A stretch of DNA of 64,000 bases from Octopus vulgaris (lineage: Eukaryota). Location: the NCBI GenBank assembly GCA_951406725.2, contig OX597825.1:9176001-9240000 (forward strand), in the 5' to 3' direction. The first letter of the stretch is position 1. Each line of letters opens with the position of its first letter. Positions 56,476 through 64,000 of the stretch are shown in pieces. Both the position numbers and the translations under genes were made by a program. Below the pieces are notes generated by a model that saw nothing but the letters and a program-made list of their open reading frames with translations, was not told the origin of the DNA and ran no database searches.

Positions 56476-56899
56476 GAGAAGAGCATTGTCGATGTGAGGA
56501 ATTAAACTTTAAAAATAAAATGAACGAACAAGTGAGTTTAGTTTAATGGCCTACCAATGTATACTATGAGTTTCTTTGCCCTAGGAGTCGGGAAGACACT
56601 CGGCAAGAAATGGAAGCAAATTTGAAAGAAGAGGAAAAAAAAATAATAATAATAATCAGGATTGGATTATTTTCATACCACTGCTAAAATCGTAGAATGA
56701 AAATAGACGCCGACAAGACTGCGTGGCCAAGGTACTACAGTGGTAGTGGTAGCCAACGATGGCTACCACTGCTATAATGGCATGGTGGTGGTAATTATAA
56801 CGGCAATAATGTTGGAAATGAAATAGCGGTAAAGATAATAGTAACCGTTTCTTCATTAGCCACACAGGGCCCATTAATAAGAAATGTATATGTATATAT

Positions 56900-57400
56900 A
56901 TGGCACAAAATGTTCTATGAAGCAGAAAAGAAGATTATAACACTACACCAAATCGCTAATCCTATGGATAATCTGGAAGCGCATCACTCAAGGGAGAACC
57001 AGCATGTGGTCGCAAAGTCCTCCACCAATACAAAGATTTCTCGGAATACGAACCTAAATAGTCCCTTGAAAGGAGACTGCCCTAACTCGAGCCCTCTACT
57101 TTCCCTGCCACGGCCACTTCAAAATGAAATATGAGGATCAAATAGACCCGGGAAGAGTATAAAGGAAATAAAATACGCTTAGTACTATGCATTAGGTTGG
57201 TCATCTTAAAAGAGACACATCGCAAACTCTTACAAAATGGAGAACAAGAAATCAAGACAGCAGACCATGTTTGAATGAAAAGATGTTAAATCTTCGGAAG
57301 ATTACCTTTAGAAATAGTGCAATAATCGTGACAAAGCACACAGCTGAAAATAACCTAAATATAAATCAGGAAGAAAATGAAAAATCAGACGAAGAGAGTA
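56900..57400 (+). pseudogene. Heavily decayed Penelope-like GIY-YIG region
   Basis: DYNTTPN, SPLKGDC, HFKMKY and KWR..RC occur in the same order as motifs at 20050-20470; weak. Confidence 0.4.
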
Positions 57401-57649
57401 GCCCGCCACTAGTCTAAATTGAACAACTGTCATTTGAACATACCACGCGAAAGGCCAAGTGGCATAAGCACCACCCTTATGCTGTCACTGAGGGAGAAAA
57501 TGGGACAATTTTATGTAGAGTAATATTATAAACTAATATTGTAGCCTCTTCCTCTCCCCCAATCTTGGTGATAATTCTGTCGTTTTCTCTGATAATTTTG
57601 TTCAATGATTTTTCCCTCATAGCGCACACTAACATACCTACATTTTCCC

Positions 57650-57825
57650 CCCTCTCTCTCTCTCTCTGTCTCTCTCTCCCTCTCTCTCTCTCTTACTCTC
57701 TCTCTTACTCTCTCTTTTACTCTGACTCTCTCTCTCCCTCTCTTACTCTTTCTTACTCTCCCTCTCCCTCTCCCTCTCTTACTCTCTCTTACTCTCACTC
57801 TCTCTCTCTCTCTTTCTCTCTCTCT
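57650..57825. repeat. (CT)n/CTCTCTTA compound microsatellite
   Basis: Polypyrimidine repeat. Confidence 0.92.
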
Positions 57826-58127
57826 TAGTGATATGTTGCTGCTGTTCCATCCTTGTTCACCTTCAACTCTAGTTGAAAATTCATCTCTCTCTTTCGTCGA
57901 TACATTTCACTACTTTTGAATTCCCAGGCTGACTCAAATCAGTTCGATCAGGAGCTATGTAATGGTAGTAAATATGGAAATAACTTCGTATTCATATAAA
58001 TTCAAATTATTCATTTTATATTTTCTCCGTAAGTCCAGTCCAGTTTTCGAAATGTTTAAAATTTTACATTGTAACAATTCTCCCTCTCGCTCGTTCCCAC
58101 TCTTAGTGGTAATCTTCTTATTTTCCT

Positions 58128-58182
<55 letters not shown>

Positions 58183-58215
58183 CTCTTTCTCTCTCTTTCT
58201 CTCTCTCTCTCTCTC

Positions 58216-58261
<46 letters not shown>

Positions 58262-58277
58262 TACATTACTTATATAA

Positions 58278-58318
<41 letters not shown>

Positions 58319-58420
58319 TACATAGTTTATATAAATTTATATATATATATATATATATTTCTCTCTCAGTGATAATTTTGTTCTTTTATTCCTTCTAACA
58401 CACACACACGCACACACATA

Positions 58421-58500
<80 letters not shown>

Positions 58501-58837
58501 TAGATATATACATATATACACACAAACATGCACACAGGCATATGTATATATACATACGACGCGGTGTCGCACATCTGGCTTTGGGCTACATCATAATACA
58601 CAAAGATAAGTTAATTACATTTTATTCAACACATTCCCATCTCACATTCACGCGCTTATTGCAGCAGCCCTTCAGTTATTCTAATTCCTGTAAAAGAACT
58701 CAGAAAGTTGGGGCTTCATCCAGTCCTTTCTCGATACCCTTAAAGACAGGAAGGCCTGGAAATATTCGGCAACCCCACGCGTGTGTGTATATATATGTAT
58801 ATATATATATATGTTTATGTATGTATGTGTATGTATG

Positions 58838-58916
<79 letters not shown>

Positions 58917-59030
58917 TTAGAGACAAAACCACTATTAGGCAAATCAAACAATGAAAGACTTAAGCCAATGCATATGATTAATTTATATTATTTAAATATG
59001 TAACAATTATAAAAAAAATATAATTAATAT

Positions 59031-59093
59031 CCACTACGATCGTCTCCTGCCTGCTGTCTTTAAATTTTTGAGTCGCAGTCATTCATCAGGTGG
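59031..59093 (-). ncRNA. Type I hammerhead ribozyme motif with one core change
   Basis: CCAC-CTGATGA-A-TGACTGC...GCAGGCA-G-GAGA-CGATC-GTA-GTGG. Helix I CCAC/GTGG, palindrome ACGATCGT, GAAA reads GAGA. Confidence 0.7.
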
Positions 59094-59329
59094 TTTCAAA
59101 ATTTTTCTTGGCGAGTTTTCAATATAAATGTGTGTGAGTATATATATAATATTATATATTATATATTGTTATTAATATCATGAAATCAATATTAGAAAAT
59201 GCTTCAGAAAGATATACATGTGCGTAAAATAATTGTATTAAAAATATAAATGTATATAAATATATGGAAATATGTATTAGAATACATATATAATAATGAC
59301 ATTTTAAGATTCGAATTAAGTTTTTAAAG

Positions 59330-59381
59330 CATCTTACGATCGTTTCGCAGTTATAGACAACTCTTCTGCTCTTCAGAGACA
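59330..59381 (-). ncRNA. Type I hammerhead ribozyme motif with intact core
   Basis: TGTCT-CTGAAGA-GCAG...CTGC-GAAA-CGATC-GTA-AGATG. Helices I and II pair, helix III is the palindrome ACGATCGT, and the cleavage triplet is GUA. Confidence 0.8.
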
Positions 59382-59940
59382 TAAAATACGAAATTTGTAT
59401 AATTTATCAAATGGTAGTTTTTTTTTATATATGAAGTAATATGGGAAGATGGTGTTAGTTTGAAATATAAAATAAAATTTTAAATTACTTCTTTTGGTAA
59501 GTACACTTTAGTATGAGAGTCTTTAAGTCCATATATGCGTGTTTGGTAATTCTTCTGTAATAATCCGTAATAGTTATGTGTAAAATCCAAATATAGTTCA
59601 TATACCTTGTATTCCAAATATAGTTCATATACCTAGATAATATAGAATAATGGAATCCTATATTGATAAGCATTTATAGATAACACTTCTGCTCTTCGGA
59701 AATATCAAATGTGAAATTTGTATAATTTAATGAATGGTAGTTTTTAAAAAATTACGAAGTAATATGGGAAAATGGTGTTTGAAATATAAATTAAAAATTA
59801 CGAATTACTGCTTTTGATTTTGGTAAGAACACTTTAGTATGAGATTCTTGAAATTCATATATTCCTACTTGGTAAGTATTCTGCAGCAATCCATAATAAT
59901 TATATATAAAATCCATTATGTTGTCCTATATTCCAAATAT
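59351..59940 (-). repeat. Tandem duplication with ~323-bp period (Penelope-like ORF end plus HHR)
   Basis: 59351-59625 aligns with 59674-59940. Minus-strand TLILKCTYQKK resembles the Penelope C-terminal KCRH motif. Confidence 0.8.
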
Positions 59941-60203
59941 ACTCCAGAAACTTTAAAAATATACAATAAAATATATACACACGTGCGTGTGTGTATAAGA
60001 GAGCATTATTTGCGTGTGAAAGAAGGCTGGTGGTCTGGACGTGTGCGTGTGTGTATGTGTAGGTGTGAAAATGTGGGGATGGCTGTGTGGGTGGTGTGTT
60101 GTGATGTGATGTGTAAAGTTGTATGGTGTAGTGTGAGGTTGTTGGGAGGTGGGGTAGGCGAGAGTGGGGAAAGCACGGGTGGGGTGTGGGTTCGGCTGAG
60201 GGT

Positions 60204-60241
<38 letters not shown>

Positions 60242-61178
60242 GACCTTTCTAAGCAAATATCTGTAGAAAAATTTCGAGAAATATAAAGGAAAGGAACATA
60301 TGGTGATGATGAAATAACATTTGCCGTGACGCACATTCTACACATAACATTCTGAAAATCATTAAATTGTTTTGCTTATTATAAGTTGTAGTGATTAAGG
60401 ATTTCAATACCAATCGAACATTTGTTCAATGTAGTCAACAACCGAGAGCGTGAAACAATGTGCGACAAATTCAGATTTTGATTTACATAATATCAAGGAA
60501 ATTTTCAAGGAATCTAATTGGAGGAGCAGCTGATGTAACAGATCACAATTTATATATGTTTGTTATATACATACATGGAGTGAGGAACTAAAAGTTTTTA
60601 AACGCGGATATTAACTATAACAAGAGATATTGTATACAGTGCACGAAATGGAGGGACGGTTAAGACATATACGTATATTTTTTCTGCCCTGCTTGAAACG
60701 CGGTATCAGAACGTACACGAATACTCAGGCATGAGTTTCGAGATATTCGTATAGCAGGTGTACATTTAAGTCCCCAGTTAGAATCATACTGCAGAATACT
60801 CTCACCATATTTCCAGTCTATAGTGTTTATCATAAAAAAAGAGCAAATGAACAATAATATTTGTTGAAATATTCAAACGAAATTATAAATAAAATTGATA
60901 TGGATTTAAATTTAAATTAGGCATAAAATTCATTCGATTTGAAGACATTTAAAACAATATCTTTATGTGTATGCATTTGTGTATATAAATTTATGTGCGT
61001 TTTTATGAATGTATACTTAAGTATATGTGCATATATGTATAATATGTAGATAGGTATATATGGATGTATTCAGCAATTAAAATGTTATTAATTTTTTTTA
61101 GTATTTGCTTTTATCATAATGAATTTATGAGCAGAAAGATACAAGTTAAATATTGTAATAATGTGAGAGCTATTTCCT

Positions 61179-61213
<35 letters not shown>

Positions 61214-61529
61214 ATGTGTGTGTGTGCGCGCGCGTGTCTGTGCGCGTTAACGTATTGTTACTAGCTATAATAAAACAAAACCTACACAAAGATATTTTAA
61301 ATAATCACAAAAAATTATACTACGTACATATTTGCCGACATATTTATAGCGGTTGATAACAGTCAACATTATATAAAATCGCACCATTATGAATACTTCT
61401 GAAGAGACTGAATGATATATACAAAGAAAAAAATATACTTTGGCAAAATCTGATAATGGTGTGTTTCTTTCGCTTATGTATAAGTTTGCATGAATACATA
61501 CACACATATATGTGTGTGTATATATAGTT

Positions 61530-61725
61530 GGAATTTACAAAAAGAAAAGACGAAGATGGGTATGTAAACAGATGTATTAGTTTAACGCTCGGTGAAAAAG
61601 TCATTTACGTTTCGAGCCTACGCTCTTCAGCAGAAAGGAACACAGATACAATCAGAGAGAGAAAATAAAAAAAAAAACGTTTAGTGGCTAGCGATCAATC
61701 ATGGTAAATGACAGAGGTAGTCGTA
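61530..61725 (-). mobile_element. Short dispersed repeat with a minimal HHR-like motif
   Basis: Minus strand TTT-CTGCTGA-A-GAGC-GTAG-GCTC-GAAA-CGTA-AA at about 61605-61636; homologous to 36140-36305. Confidence 0.75.
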
Positions 61726-61731
61726 AGTACG

Positions 61732-61787
<56 letters not shown>

Positions 61788-61826
61788 AGGGGCGAGACAG
61801 ACATACAGATACAGACAGGTAGATAG

Positions 61827-61875
<49 letters not shown>

Positions 61876-62756
61876 AAGATAGAGAGATATATATACATAC
61901 ATATTACTCACCGACATACACACGTAATCCTGAACTATTGCAAAATACTAATATTATTACTTAATTTGGTATTGTCTGTCACTGTCCATATATGCTGCTT
62001 CTTAGTCTAGACTTGAAATGTTTTATAATTTCATATTTAAACACTGTAAATATTTACTAATACCATACAATAAACCTAGACTTCATGTATCTTAGTATAG
62101 ACGTTTTAACTGTTTTGCGACTGCATTACTTTTAATTTTGCCTTCTAATATAATTCTATTGAAACTAAGTGAACCAACCTAGCGCTTGAATCAACTGAAA
62201 ACCTTTTAGTTGTATACGCCATAACTACCGACTCTGGCGTGATATAAAAGAGATAACGTGTTATTTTCTGAAATACAAAGTATCAAATGCGTTACAAAGG
62301 TCGTGGTGACTCCTCCCTGATCACATTTAGCAATAGAACGACACCACTAAAACCTCATATACGACCGGGCTTTATTGCACTTCTACTATCTTCGGAAGCT
62401 ACTTTGTTAAGTAAATATTAGTCAAATACAGACATATCACGCATTACTGCTACTTCACGTTACGGAATTTCAAGCTTTATAAAACTGTAAAACATGACTA
62501 TTAATTTCAGGATGCGACCTAAAATTCTTCCCGGACGGAAACTAGTGTTACATAGTTTGAAATTGCTTACCATTTAAAACTACATTTTCCTCTTCGCTGA
62601 ATGGCCTCTTGTCATTTTATTAATATCAAGGTATTCAATTAATGATTTGAAAAATCATCCCATTAGACACAGACATACACACAAATACACACATGTATAT
62701 ATAATTTACATAATGTAAGTATATACATACAGATATATATATATATATATATAATA

Positions 62757-63026
62757 CAAAATTGGACAAGAACGCAAAACATCCAGACAGCTAGGTGATA
62801 AAAAAAGGGACAACAAACCATCCCTGATAGACGATACAAAAACCAAGGACAGGTCATTCGAAGCCCTCTATCCTCAGTCAAGCACCAGAGTATCGTCGCA
62901 ATTTCGGTTGATTATTCATGAGATTGCTCCAATCTGGCCAGCCCCAAGAAAATCTAAGCTAAGAACATTATATTCCATAGAAGAAAGTAGCGAATGTATA
63001 CGAAAACAAGGACAGAAAAAACGGAC
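62757..63026. repeat. Dispersed ~270-bp repeat, copy 2
   Basis: Aligns with 48687-48958 in the same orientation; both copies follow a TA tract. Confidence 0.9.
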
Positions 63027-64000
63027 AGTATATATATTTACATACATATGAATGTGTGCATGTTGTATGTATAGGTGTATGTATGTGCGTGTGTGTTTCT
63101 ATCATCAACACAAACAGAACCACAAACACAAAAAGCGACAGTAATATATACTATGAAGTAGATAAGCAAATTAATTTCAAATAAAAACATATAATGTGGT
63201 GCCCTAGAGTGTTTTAAAAGTTGAATGAAATAGCTTTCATCTCAGAGCTATGCGGATTGACTGGAGACTAAACAGCCACAACAATACAATTAGCAGGAAT
63301 AATATAATCACCACAATACGAACAATACCTGCCCACCATCAGTAACATCTAAAACAACACAACCCACAGCATCTCCATTGTCAACCCACTAACTTTTGAA
63401 TCAAACTGGCGACAACAGATTTCAGTATGTACCCCTGGGTGTGTATGTCTGTTGGTGTATCGGTGCATGTGTGTATGTGTGTATGTGTGTATGTGTTTGT
63501 ATGTGTGTTTCTCTGTCGTAAGTCAGAAGTGTAAGCGGCGAATTGTCTATACAATCTGGTGTCCCTTCAGGTAATTGTAACCATACAGTAGCATCTCTTT
63601 CTCAGTCTTTCACCTTTACATCTCATTTTCATTATCCCATCCACAGGAAATAAAGCAATTTTCCGCTGTCACAAATCAAATCTTTCCTTAGCCAATTTTT
63701 TTTTTGTACTGCATGTTCGTTGTGGATAATTAATCACTGCTGCTGTCGGATTTGCCTTTGAATTTTAAATTGTCTGGAAAGAAGCTATCAAGTACACCTG
63801 AAGGGAGCAGTACGTAAAGGAACGGTAAAGGAATTACACTGGATATTAACCATGATATTTTTAAAAGAATTGATGCGGAAATAATACTAAAATACGTGGC
63901 CAAGACATTAAATCTCACAACGCATACAGTGCGAACATACTTGAGAGCAGAGAAAAGTGTGCCAAGAGCACAAGAATCCACTCAGATAACTGTCCGGACC

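Noticed and set aside
56540-56656. Possible LINE 3' end with an AAT tail
   Set aside because: Single occurrence in the window and no coding evidence; cannot be supported from the sequence alone.
57458-57489. Hairpin GCATAAG/CTTATGC
   Set aside because: A single 7-bp stem is within chance expectation.

Overview
AT-rich, microsatellite-dense eukaryotic non-coding DNA, most consistent with an octopus (cephalopod) intergenic or intronic region. The taxon is inferred from the SINE families and repeat landscape. No intact host gene, rRNA, true tRNA gene or CRISPR array is supported, and almost all ORFs in the track are translated microsatellites. The window is a graveyard of mobile elements: four tRNA-derived SINE families (called A-D here), several decayed Penelope-like elements (RT and GIY-YIG remnants), CR1/Jockey-type and RTE-type LINE fragments, mariner, Tc1 and maT-like transposase fragments, and a Helitron helicase C-terminus. 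The most notable signal is about nine hammerhead-ribozyme (HHR)-like motifs of at least five sequence types, mostly with a palindromic helix III and often in tandem or inverted repeats beside Penelope remnants. One of them (59330-59381, minus) has an intact catalytic core. Coordinates were read by eye; repeat boundaries are approximate unless a target-site duplication (TSD) is given.
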